The notes under the pieces: model-generated
What the model saw: only the letters and a program-made list of their open reading frames with translations
What the model was told of the DNA's origin: nothing
The model's database searches: none
Shown: in pieces, positions 12,612 to 24,090 of the stretch
Numbering within the stretch: position 1 is the stretch's first letter
Layout of the letters: the number at the start of each line of letters is the position of its first letter
Assembly (NCBI GenBank): GCA_951406725.2
Contig: OX597821.1
Location: 87,110,001-87,174,000, forward strand
From: Octopus vulgaris
Lineage: Eukaryota
Length of the DNA stretch: 64,000 nt
Reading direction: 5' to 3'
Translations under genes and position numbers: made by a program

Positions 12612-12769
12612 TGTGTGTGTATATATATATATAATTATATACGAGTGGCTGTGTGAGTGTATATATATATAATTATATACGAGTGGCTGTGTGAGTGTAT
12701 ATATATATAATTATATGCGAGTGGTTGTGTGTGTGTATATATATATAATTATATATGAGTGACTGTGTG
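12612..12769 (+). repeat. 38-bp tandem repeat x4 spanning a SINE B 5' junction
   Basis: Unit GTGTATATATATATAATTATATACGAGTGGCTGTGTGA; the last unit runs into the SINE at about 12757. Confidence 0.9.
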
Positions 12770-12943
12770 GTAAGTAGCTTGCTTACCAACCACATGGTTC
12801 TGGGTTCAGTCCCACTGCGTGGCACCTTGGGCAAGTGTCTTCTATGTAGCCTCGGGCCGACCAAAGCCTTGTGAGTGGATTTGGTAGACGGAAACTTAAA
12901 GAAGCCCGTCGTATATATGTATATATATGTATATATATATATG

Positions 12944-12986
<43 letters not shown>

Positions 12987-13222
12987 ATATATATATATAT
13001 ATATTATGTGTGTGTGTCTGTGTTTGTCCCCCCTAACATCGCTTTACAACCGATGCTGGTGTGCTTACGTCCCCGTAATTTAGCGGTTCAGCAAAAATGA
13101 CCGATAGAATAAGTACTAGTCTTAGAAAGAATAAGTCATGGGGTCGATTTGCTCGACTGAAAAAGGCGGTGCTCCAGCATGGCCGTAGTCAAATGACTGA
13201 AACAAGTAAAAGAGTAAAAGAA
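12757..13222 (+). mobile_element. SINE family B, full length, with internal microsatellite
   Basis: Head GAGTG.CTGTGTGGTAAGTAGCTTGC...GGGTTCAGTCCC; internal (TA)/(ATCT)/(TG) tract; tail GGCGGTGCTCCAGCATGGCCG.AGTCAAATGACTGAAACAAG(TAAAAGAG)n. Confidence 0.92.
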
Positions 13223-13233
13223 TATATACATAC

Positions 13234-13336
<103 letters not shown>

Positions 13337-14281
13337 GTATTACACACACACCCTCACACACACACACAAGCTTTGACAAAACGATAAGCGTCAAGTATAT
13401 ATTTAAGTTCATTTGTGAAGTCTGTCAGAATGTGTAGGTAGTATTGAGGTCAAGAACAAGAAATATTGTACATGAAGTGAAATAGTTCGTCTGGTATTTC
13501 CTTCACATTAACAGGTGTATGTTTTCTACCTGGAGCTATCTTTGTCCCTTACCCAGATTTTTTCCCTCCTTTTTCTTTCTGTCTTGTTCTTTTTCATAAG
13601 CTCTTTATATTTGTAGTTGTTGTCATCGTTGCCATGGCAGGGGTCTATTGTTTTTATATCTGAGAGATTTACTGCTTTTCCTTGAGTTTCTCTTTAAGCC
13701 AAACACGCAAATATCACTCACACACACAAGCTCTGACCGTCCCCTCATTCCTTTCCCTGACACGCCTTCCCTATCTTAGCCAATTGCGCCTTTAATTAAA
13801 GAATTTCTACTCGTATATATATATATAATTATAACTACCATGACTCATTATAGGTGTATCTTCGAATATTGTTTATTTAGATGTTGCTGATAGGACTTAA
13901 TGGGACAAGATTACTACTCTATTCCCGAAGTGGCGGCGGTGGTGATGGTAGTAGTAGTAGTAGTAGTAGTTGCCGTACCCCATTAACTACCTTATATGCA
14001 CATGATAGTGTCCTACAATCCAGGTCAACACAGTATTTAGGATTGTCAAGTTTTTTCCTTCTTTGAGTGTAACAGTGAATAAAGGACTGACTCAATTTAC
14101 GTGCAAAGTTTGATATTTATTAAACTTGTGTCTGTGTGTATGCGTTTGTCGAGAATGCTATCGGTTATGAATGCATACAGGGAAATATTTAACGAAGTAA
14201 ATTTGTTAAATTTTTAAAATAGTTTTCACTTTACATGGGATAAGTTGTAACATATCTCTCTACAACTATTTTTTCTTTTAA

Positions 14282-14504
14282 CCCTTTCAGTACTGTATTT
14301 ATTTTGAGATGCTCTGGGTTTCTTTTAATTAATTTTAAATAAAACAGAGAATTTAGTAAAATAACTTAGTTATCATTAAGCTAGTGTTAGGAAAATAAAT
14401 TGGGACTAAGGTTTTGGTGGAAGATTTTAATTCAAAACTTATGAAAACAAGACATTTAGTACTCAGAGCCAGAGCTGGTTTCAGCCGGGTTGGTAACGAA
14501 AGGG
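14282..14504 (+). mobile_element. piggyBac-type MITE (family P2, about 220 bp)
   Basis: TTAA|CCCTTTC...GAAAGGG; colinear with 34069-34288; right TTAA lost. Confidence 0.85.
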
Positions 14505-14770
14505 GCAGTGACAAAGAACCTTAGTGAGGACAGTGCTGCTATTTGGTTAGAGCTTCTTATGTGTTCCACCTTTCAACCTATATTGATATCAAGTCGATTC
14601 AAAAGAGTTGTTATCCGCATTTTAAAGTAAAATGTTTTTCTTGTTAGAAATTCTCATCTTTCTTTTTACCTGATGAAACCTCATTCTATTTTATGTTAAT
14701 TATTTTTTTCGAAAGAACCTCTTCTATTACACACACACACACACACATACATATATATATGTATATATAT

Positions 14771-14875
14771 GTCCCGGATTCAGTCCCACTGCGTGGCACC
14801 TTCGGCATGTGGTTTCGGACCGACCAAATCCTTGTAAACGAATTTGGTAGACGAAAACTGAAAGAAATCCATCAG
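14771..14875 (+). mobile_element. SINE B 5' fragment (variant)
   Basis: Inverted near-copy of 12153-12265. Confidence 0.8.
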
Positions 14876-15429
14876 AAATACACACACACACACATATGTA
14901 TATGTAGATTTTACGGGTGTGTAAAAACTCCCTTGATTTTACTAAAAGTTATGTATACCATTATATAATATATTTTGCTTGTTCCCACGTGGAAGTAACT
15001 AATGAAACTAACTTTATCCCTTTGTAAAGTGGTACAGTGGACCAAAGCAAGTAACATGAAACTACTTAATGCCTTCAAATATGCAATAATAGAAATTAAT
15101 CTCTCTACAAATATATAACACGTACGTATATGGTATATATATTCCTTTCTAATCTTGGCACAAGGCCCGAAATTTTGGGGGAGGTTAAAAATACGTAGGT
15201 ACACATCCAGTAGTATATGAGATCTTTGATATCCCTTAGACGGTTTCTTAACCTCTAACTCATATAGACATACTACACTACACACCACCACACCACACAC
15301 CACCATACCACACCACATCACACCACCCCGCACAAACTAACACTGACCACTTCCCACCACCTTCACCATCATCCACACACCTACAAATGCACACTCGCAC
15401 ACGTCAATGTCACCAGCCTTCTTCAACAC

Positions 15430-15725
15430 GCACATACACGCTCTCACATACATACGCACGTTTTGGGATCACCACTACTTTATTGTCTCCCCTTCATCTT
15501 AGCCCTCCTGTGTGACCCCTCTGTCAGGCATTCACCATGATAGATCGCTAGCCACTAAACTTTTTCTATTTTCTCTCCCTGTTTATTTCTGTGTTCCTTT
15601 CCGTCGAAGAGCGTAGGCTCGAAACGTAAAAGACTTCCTCACTTCTCGAGCGTTAAAATAATACATCTGTTTGTTGTTTACACACTCGTCTTCGTCTTTT
15701 GTTTGTTTTTGTAAATTCTCACAAT
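15430..15725 (+). mobile_element. Penelope-like terminal fragment with minimal hammerhead motif
   Basis: Homologous to 22167-22330 (minus); T-rich end abutting (TA)n; hammerhead-like motif at 15597-15632. The 5' boundary is uncertain. Confidence 0.6.
15597..15632 (+). ncRNA. Minimal type I hammerhead ribozyme-like motif (variant core)
   Basis: CTTT-CCGTCGA-A-GAGC(GTAG)GCTC-GAAAC-GTA-AAAG: stem I CTTT/AAAG, stem II GAGC/GCTC; core differs from CUGANGA at two positions. Confidence 0.5.
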
Positions 15726-15749
15726 ATACATATATATTTATAAATATAT

Positions 15750-16125
15750 TCTTTTACATGTTTCACTCATTTGACTGCGGCTGTGCTGGAGCACCCCCTC
15801 AAAGGTTTTTTTAAGCCGAAGAAATCGACCCCTGGATTTACTCTTTGTAAGCCTAGTACTTATTCTGGCGATCTCTTTTGCCGAGCTGCTAAGTTACGTG
15901 TACATAAACACACCAGCATCGGTTGTCAAGCGATGGTGGGGGACAAACACAGACACAAAGAATCACACACTCACACACACACGCACACATATATATACAC
16001 ACACACATACATACAACCGTCTACCAAATACACTCACAAGGCTTTGGTTGGGCCGAGGCTATAGTAGATGAACCCTACCCGAGGTACCCCGACGTGGGAC
16101 TGAACCCGGAACCATATGGTTTTGA
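15750..16125 (-). mobile_element. SINE family B, diverged
   Basis: Tail and body match the SINE B copies. Confidence 0.85.
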
Positions 16126-16158
16126 AGCCTGATACATACATACATACATATATATATG

Positions 16159-16192
<34 letters not shown>

Positions 16193-16202
16193 TAGATGTA
16201 TA

Positions 16203-16253
<51 letters not shown>

Positions 16254-16337
16254 GGTTAGTAGAGTTATAGGTTGGAATAACTGTCTAAGTGATAAAAGTA
16301 TCTGTTATACTACCGGTGTAATTTCTCCAGTTTCTGT

Positions 16338-16434
<97 letters not shown>

Positions 16435-16881
16435 CATATATATATATATGTATGTATATATATATACGTGTGTGTGTGTTCAGAAGGCGGTAAGCATGCG
16501 TACAAAAATCCATCGTATGAACAATGGTTTACGCAAACAGAAATAATCATATCTGATGCAAGTATATCAAATAAATAAATGATACGTACAAACCTCCGGT
16601 TAGAAATAGCAGTAGAGTAAACATGTCAATTTGAATACAATGACATAAACAGAAAAATGACCTGCAGGAATGACCTGCAAAGAAAGATATTTACTATTAA
16701 CTAGATCAACTCACAGCATTTGCTTTCTTTCCTTAGAATGAACGTTAGCCATGGAAATTGCGTGAGATGAATTTCCTACTAAATGTTCGGGAATTCTTCA
16801 TTAAAAGGTACTTTCCTTAGCTGTACGATAACTGAGCCAATTTTGTCAATGCTACTAGCTTTGTTTTTAAGGGATTTAGAG

Positions 16882-17400
16882 CAGTCATGAGCAAACTGCG
16901 ACCCGTGGGACTTTCTGAATAGCAACACCTAACAAAAACTAACTGGAATTATTTATTATTCTCTCTTTTACTTGTTTCAGTCATTTGACTGCGGCCATGC
17001 TGGAGCACCGCCTTTAGTCGAGCAAATCGACCCCAGGACTTATTCTTTGTAAGCCTAGTACTTATTCTATCGGTCATTTTTGCCGAACCGCTAAGTTACG
17101 GAGACGCAATCACACCAGCATTGGTTGTCAAGCGATGTTGGGGGAACAAACACACACACACACACATATATATATATGTATATACATATATACGATGGGC
17201 TTCTTTCAGTTTCCGTCTACCAAATCCACTCACAAGGCTTTGGTCGGCCCGAGGCTATAGTAGAAGACACTTGCCCAAGGTGCCACGCAGTGGGACTGAA
17301 CTCGGAACCATGTAGTTGGTAAGCAAGCTACTTACTACACAGCCACTCCTTTTAGTAGTGCGGCTCGCCTGATGGTGCATGTTGTTTCAAACACCTTGTC
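16882..17400 (+). mobile_element. hAT-like MITE fragment interrupted by a full SINE B (16960-17350, minus)
   Basis: TAGAG|CAGTCATG.GCAAACTGC...TTTAGTAGTGC also occurs, uninterrupted, at 32015-32130; the SINE B lies between the two halves. Confidence 0.55.
16960..17350 (-). mobile_element. SINE family B, full length
   Basis: From (CTCTTTTA) tail to AGCCACTCC head; close to the apparent consensus. Confidence 0.92.
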
Positions 17401-17660
17401 TGACAATGTGCTATGTCTCATGCGGTTCGCTTCTCGAAAAGGTTCGAATACTCTTAGTGGAGCCTTAAAATTAAAAGACAGTGTTCACGTCAAGTTCACA
17501 CTAATCATCTCTCGTTCGCTTCTTGACCAAAACTGGTCTTTCGAGCTTGGCTGTAGATTCAAACCAACCAAATAAATATTATGGCAGCAAAATATAGAAT
17601 TCGTTATGTGACTGCTCTTAGCTAACATCATAACAAAACTTGATGCTCGTTGCTACATTC

Positions 17661-17934
17661 GGGCATATGGCGTAGTGGTTAAGAGCGCGGACTACTAACC
17701 CCAAGATTCCGAGTTCGATTCCAAGCAGTCACCTGAACAAGAACAATAATAATAATAATAAGAAGAACAACAACAATAACATCGAAAAATACCTTAGGAA
17801 TGAGAACCCAGGTTCGAAATTTCCCCCAAGACACCTGAAGAAGGCTGGAGGGTATATCAGCGGAAACGTTGTGTTAACAACAAACAAGATGAGGACAAAT
17901 ATCCGTCGTACGGAAATAATGTAAATATTGTAAA

Positions 17935-17935
<1 letters not shown>
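17661..17935 (+). mobile_element. tRNA-headed SINE-like element containing a hammerhead motif
   Basis: tRNA-like head 17661-17733 (A box TGGCGTAGTGG, B box GAGTTCGATTCC), (AAT/AAC)n linker, hammerhead motif 17830-17875, ends at (TA)n. Single copy in this window. Confidence 0.65.
17830..17875 (+). ncRNA. Minimal type I hammerhead ribozyme motif
   Basis: GACAC-CTGAAGA-A-GGCTG(GAGGGTATAT)CAGCG-GAAAC-GTT-GTGTT: intact CUGANGA and GAAA cores, stem I GACAC/GTGTT, stem II GCTG/CAGC with a G.G at the closing position, palindromic AACGTT in place of stem III. Confidence 0.65.
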
Positions 17936-17981
<46 letters not shown>

Positions 17982-17982
<1 letters not shown>

Positions 17983-18507
17983 CCCATGGCCCCTACCTGG
18001 GACGTAGTCAGTCCACCTGTGCATACCTTCCTTCTTGAGACACTTGTGAAGACCTGTTGAGGCAAGTGAAAATCAAACCAAATCAAAATCGATGAACATC
18101 AATGGAATTTGTATCTTTGCGGTACCAGTGCTGGTGGCACATAAGAAAACCATCCGAACGTGGCCGTAGCCAGTACCGCATCGACCGTGCCGGTGGCACG
18201 TAAAAAACACCATCCAAGCGTGGCCGTTCGCCAGCCTCGTCTGGCACCTGTGTCGGTGGCACATAAAAAACACCATCCGAGCGTGGCCGTTCGCCAGCCT
18301 CGTCTGGCACCTGTGCAGGTGGCACATAAAAAGCACCCACTACACTCACGGAGTGGTTGGCGTTAGGAAGGGCATCCAGCTGTAGAAACACTGCCAGATC
18401 TGACTGGCCTGGTGCAGCCTTCGGGCTTCCCAGACCCCAGTTGAACCGTCCAACCCATGCTAGCATGGAAAGCGGACGTTAAACGATGATGATGATGATG
18501 ATGATGA
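17982..18507 (+). mobile_element. RTE LINE 3' UTR fragment with hairpin array (4 hairpins) and (GAT)n tail
   Basis: Homologous to the UTR that follows the RTE ORF end at 60243-61148; ends GCATGGAAAGCGGACGTTAAAC(GAT)n. Confidence 0.85.
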
Positions 18508-18518
18508 TATATATATAT

Positions 18519-18666
18519 CTGCTCGAAATGAGTATATAGACACCCGACAACTGATGAAGGGTTCTTTCTATGTTTACTTGTCCTGTTTTCCATTTTTTTT
18601 TCTCGTTGCTTACGTATTTGTTTACATATTTCATGTTGTTTGAACTGTTAGTGACGTCCTGTACCC
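18519..18666 (+). mobile_element. Short repeat fragment ending GTCCTGTACCC, embedded in (TA)/(ATGT) tracts
   Basis: Shares GACAACTGA.GAAGGG, a T-rich body and the terminal GA.GTCCTGTACCCATATATGCATG with 22600-22775; possibly a Penelope-like terminus. Confidence 0.5.
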
Positions 18667-18745
18667 ATATATGCATGTATGTATGTATGTATGTATGTAT
18701 GTATGTATGTATGTATGTATGTATGTATATATATATGTATGTATG

Positions 18746-18797
<52 letters not shown>

Positions 18798-18951
18798 AGC
18801 TGACGTACCCGGTAATTCCGGGAAAGTTCTCATGATTTTTTTCGCTAATCCAGTAACAACAATACAAAGTATGTAGCCCTTAAAACAGTTTTTGTGTATT
18901 TATTGAGAATACCGAACTGTCTTACACAGGTTCTTATTTTGAGGAATTCCC

Positions 18952-19215
18952 AATAAGTTATGTATACCCAAACTGTGAAGTCAGTTATGTAATAACGTGA
19001 AATTAATTACTGGATAGTAAGAATTCAAATAAAGTAGCTCCCTAAAGGGCTTTAATAGGTTCCCAGAGTATATAGAACTTAGGAGGAAATACTAATAAGG
19101 TATGTATACTAAAATCGTGAAGCCAGTTACGTAGTAACAGGCTAATCATATATGAGATAATAACAATTCAAAGTAAATAACTCTGAAAAAAGCTTCTGTG
19201 CGTTCGCAGAGAATA
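18952..19215. repeat. Diverged ~142-bp tandem duplication
   Basis: AATAAG.TATGTATAC..AA...GTGAAG.CAGTTA.GTA.TAAC...AATTCAAA occurs at about 18952 and 19095. Confidence 0.7.
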
Positions 19216-19723
19216 TTACCCTCAATGGCACTAGTGTTGGTATATTCGTGAATAAGTCACTAACCGAAATAAGTGGATCTATTGTTTGGGAAAATACTAT
19301 TTACTTGTCTAAGGGTTGTACTAGATAAATTGCGAAAATAACTCAAATAGTTCAAATACTAAGAAATAAGCATACTCAATTTGATTTATACGAAATAATC
19401 TATGAACATGAACAGGTTATTTCTCTTGGATATATATAAGGATCCCTTTCAGGAGCGAATGGGTTATTTCCCTTGGATGTTTAAATATAATATATTAGTT
19501 ATATGTAGTAGATATAAGAATCCCTTCCAGGGGCCCTATTATCGATTTTTTTTTCAACAATCTAAGTATGTGACTAGTTTTCCAGACATGAGTTTTACTC
19601 ACATATCAAGTTTCATCAAAATCGATAAAAAGATGTCGGAGGAGTTAGATAACAACGCCACAAACAAATACACCCACAGATTTCCACATATGCAGTAGTG
19701 TGTGTGTGTGTGTGTGTGTGTGT

Positions 19724-19779
<56 letters not shown>

Positions 19780-20711
19780 CTCCTTTTCACCTTCACGTGA
19801 TCATCAAGAGAAATAATTTCCTCGTTAAACTGTGCTAGTCATATCAATTGAGTTCATATTGGCGACTGTTTGTTTGTTTTCTACCGCCAATGGTGGTAAT
19901 AGTGATAGAGAGCAAAAATGCAGTTGTAGTTTTTAGTGGCTGTTATACCGGAGGGACGGTGGGAGTGATGATTATAATGCTGGTGGTGAATGCGATGATT
20001 ATGATAGTGGTAGTCGTAGGAATGATAATAGTAATGGTTGCGGTGGTGGTGGTAGTTTTAAAATGGGTCCGTCGTGTTTATACTTGCGAGGAAAGTGGAG
20101 AGCAGTGATAGTGTGGCGGTATTGTGTTGGGGGGGATACATGAAAGTAGTATTAGGTAGGTAGTGGTTGTGTGAGAAATGTCATTGACAGTGGTTGTGGA
20201 GGGCCAGTGGTTGTGCAAAGTGGTGGAGAGATGGTAGGCAGCTGTTGAATGAGGAAAATCCATTGAATTGCAGCTGATGTGGACTTTTGTTAATTCATTC
20301 CACATGGGGGACATAGTCCAGGGACATCAGAAGTGATTCTTCAAACAAAAAAATTTAAAAAAAAATTTTTTAAAAGGGATAAATAAATAGATAAATAAAA
20401 GGAAAGAAAAGAAGAGAGCTCCCCTGCAGTCTAATGCTGGCTAATATTTGTTGTTTACAATGAAACGGGGAGCGGTAAAGAATAAAGTTAGTGAAGCCCT
20501 AATAATTTGGTAATGCCCGGAGGAATGTATGTATTAAAAAAGGGGCTAAATAGATCGTTGTATTCAAACAATGGTTACAGACTTATGAAAGGGAGAGAGA
20601 CCTGGGTTTCTACAATAGCTGTATATACACAGTGTCTGTGCTCACAATACACATACACTCCACATTGTATGTATGAATATACATACATACATACATACAT
20701 ACATACATACA

Positions 20712-20800
<89 letters not shown>

Positions 20801-21268
20801 TTTATGTGTCACTTTGTACGTTTACCAATCACAAAGAATATATATCCTTAATGTTTTTGTGTATATATATATATATATGTATACTCAAAGCACCTTATTA
20901 AGAAACGTAAACACATACGTTAGATATTCAACGTAGAACTATCATGAGAAAATAAAAGTTTAAAGGCAAGGCATTGAAAGGAGAGAACCTAAGAAAGGTG
21001 TATTGTGAATTTCTTAAGCTGAACAGAATTTATTAGTGAAAGGTCACAACTTTCAAGTAACTGAATAAAATAAATAAATAAATAAATAAATAACTAAATA
21101 AAATAATTCACATCTGAAGTTTTTATAATAGCAAAAGGCAGAATCGAAATAAACAAATGCATTTTAAATATGCACGATGAAGATACAATACAAATTAGAA
21201 AATGTTGAGAGTGGGGGGGGGGGGGTTGCAGGCAGATATAGGCCAAAGCTCAATTACTTACTCTTTAT

Positions 21269-21590
21269 GGCGGCAAGCTGGCAGATACGTTAGCATGCCG
21301 GGCGAAATGCGCAGCAGTATTTCGTCTGCCGCTACGTTCTGAGTTCAAATTCCGCCGAGGTCGACTTTGCCTTTCATCCTTTCGGGGTCGATAAATTAAG
21401 TACCAGTTACGCACTGCAGTCGATGTAATCGACTCAATCCCTTTGTTCTGTCCTTGTTTGTCCCTTCTATGTTTAGCCCCTTGTGGGTAGTAAAGAACTG
21501 GGGTCGATGTAATCGACTTAATCCCTTTGCCTGTTCTTGTTTGTTCCTTCTATGTTTAGCCCCTTGTGGGCAATAAAGAAATAAGAAATA
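21269..21590 (+). mobile_element. SINE family C with duplicated 3' segment
   Basis: GTCGATGTAATCGACT...GCCCCTTGTGGG..TAAAGAA occurs twice (about 21419-21497 and 21503-21581). Confidence 0.9.
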
Positions 21591-22106
21591 TGCCAAAGCT
21601 TTTCTAGTTTAATGTGAAATTCACTCCTGTTTCAAAAGCGAGCATTAGGGTTCGATTCTTACTACACAGTTCAAATTAAAAAAAAAAAATTGTAGCTTTT
21701 TATGTTGGCTTGATATATATCCAAGTCCACTGTGTGTTTTATGATTCCGCTTAGACATAGCGAAACTAATCACCATTTGTTTGAACTCATGTTTTACAGT
21801 AAACCAGCTGATCAGCACAGAGTATAATGCGTAATGGCAATGAATGAATGAATGATAAACTTCTGTTCTAATGTCATTCATTAATACATATTTGCCAAGC
21901 TCCGAAGAAGCCATAACGTGATATACAAGCTCCAGAAATATGAATGTATTATGGCTGGAAAAGCAGTAAACAAATGAAGTTCATTACACAGTTTCTTGTT
22001 CCTTTGTCACTTATATAATTTCTTATGCTTGCTCTATACTCGACAAACGCTTCTTTCTGAAGCATTTGTATATTAAGTTTTAACCCCAGGTTCTTGATAA
22101 CTTCGA

Positions 22107-22166
<60 letters not shown>

Positions 22167-22170
<4 letters not shown>

Positions 22171-22330
22171 AGAGTTTACGAAGACAGGTGGTGTACAAAA
22201 CAAACAGATGTATTAGTATAACGCTCAGGAATAGAAAAAGTCTTTCACGTTTCGACCCTACGCACTTCTACAGAAAGGGACACAAAAAACAAGGAGAGAA
22301 AAAAAATGTGTGTAGTGGTTAACGATCTAT
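22167..22330 (-). mobile_element. Penelope-like terminal fragment with degenerate hammerhead motif (22242-22277)
   Basis: Reverse-complement homolog of 15540-15720; motif CTTT-CTGTAGA-A-GTGC(GTAG)GGTC-GAAAC-GTG-AAAG; abuts (TA)n. Confidence 0.6.
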
Positions 22331-22334
22331 ATCA

Positions 22335-22766
22335 ATCCTCCTCCTCGACTCTCTCGTCGCTGACACGTGACGAAAGGGAATCCACCTTTCTGCTTACAAC
22401 CTCCGTAAAGACTAAACGTGTTTATACTGTCTCCTTCATAAGCTCGTCTTCCTAACGTTCATAATTTTTCTATCGTCTTGGCTTAACAACCCTCACCGTT
22501 TGTTTTTACTGTTTTGTTCTCACTGTCCTGTTCTTGTTACCACTTTGACCCTCCGCAAAAAATCCCAAACTTTATTTAATTTGCTTTGTGGGAAGGATTG
22601 TTTCAAAGAAGCCGCGTCTTGTCCTTGCCTTCGATAAGCGGAGTAGTTGAAACAGGGACAACTGAAGAAGGGGAATATTCTTTATGTTGTATGTCTCGTT
22701 TCTCTATTTTTGTTTTTATGTTTTCGTTCCTCATTGTATTCAACGCTTTTTTGATGTCCTGTACCC
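22335..22766 (+). mobile_element. Longer member of the GTCCTGTACCC-terminated repeat family
   Basis: 3' end homologous to 18519-18666; sits directly head-to-head with the 22167-22330 fragment. Confidence 0.45.
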
Positions 22767-22842
22767 ATATATGCATGTATATATACATATATATGTAGGT
22801 ATGTATATATATATATGCATGTATATATGCATATATTTATAT

Positions 22843-22876
<34 letters not shown>

Positions 22877-22972
22877 CGTGTGTGTGTGTGTGCGTGTGTG
22901 TGTGTGTGTGTATGGCAACCTTCCTATATATTTCAACATGATTCAAGAGCCAAGACTTTGTTCACTTGTCGC

Positions 22973-23144
22973 CACAAGCGTATCTAGGGTGGGGAGCAGT
23001 CCGCTCCGAGTGGCACGTTTAAAGGAGCGGCACTTTTCATCCTGTTGTAGGATATTGCTGTAGGCAATGTGTATTTTTTGTGGGATCCGGGGGAGGCAAA
23101 CGGAAGGGGCGCCCCGAGCGGCACACACTCTAACTACGCCAGTG
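22973..23144. mobile_element. Short GC-rich MITE-like element
   Basis: Imperfect inverted ends CACAAGCGTATCTAG / CTAACTACGCCAGTG and internal repeat CCGAG.GGCAC; no clear TSD. Confidence 0.4.
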
Positions 23145-23650
23145 CTTGATACTTATTTATAAAGAATTAGATCATAAGAGGCAATACAATGATTGACTAT
23201 ACCTACTGTTTACCGTAGGTTATCTACATACACATGTAGGGGCCACGACCGCCAGTAACTGCCGGATTCTAGAGCAGACACTGGATTTGGAGCCAGCAAT
23301 TTGAATGACAAGTATTGGGCTGGACATGCTGACCATTTGTTCATCAACTTGAGTACTTCTTAGTCCGTCCGGATTAATGCTGGACTCTGTGCTGGGTTTA
23401 TCTGTCCTTGTAACAGGTTATGTTTATATTCTGTCGGATTTCTTGCAATCTTCTTCATTAGACTAGCCAGTTGTGGGTAGGTACTGATTTAGTTGTCGAC
23501 CACCTGATATGTTACACATACTAGATTACATGATGACTGTAGCAACCAGAGCTATTTGACACACCCATCCATTCCTGCCACCCCCATGCCTGTCGCTTAG
23601 CGGGTGTGGTGGACGACACTGCCCCCTCGCTATTCGACAGTGCACCCCCA

Positions 23651-24090
23651 GGATCTCTTCGGTTTGAATGGCAGTTTCTAACATAATTTCTAGGTAACTA
23701 AAAAATTATAAACTTCGTATACTGGTAGAATGTGTTTATAAAACATCTTTTTCTCATGGCTTTATTAAGAAAATTCTATAGTTTGTAAGATATTTGTTGT
23801 TTTTTTTCTTCAATTTCTGCAATTTAAACCAATCACTGACGTCTAATGAGGTAAAAAACATTCTGTGCCGTATGAATATGTCCCTCGTTTAAGAAACAGA
23901 TTGGGTTTATTTACATTTGTGAAGGAAAAAAGATACCCTTCTCCCCACCCCTAACTCTTACCCTAACCCTAACTAACCCTAACCCTAAAACAGATTGAAA
24001 ATGCAATAGATCGATACTAGGGTCATAATTATGGGTGACAATTTCATATGACACCGCTAGAAAAAACTGCCGTTCAAACAGAAAAGATCC
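23651..24090 (+). mobile_element. Merlin-like MITE with 8-bp TSD and expanded (CCCTAA)n
   Basis: Colinear with 7108-7519; perfect TSD CACCCCCA (23643-23650 / 24091-24098). Confidence 0.9.

Noticed and set aside
17661-17733. tRNA gene
   Set aside because: A and B boxes are present but the acceptor and anticodon stems do not pair properly; treated as a SINE head. The same applies to heads at 1294, 5312, 30699 and 62448.
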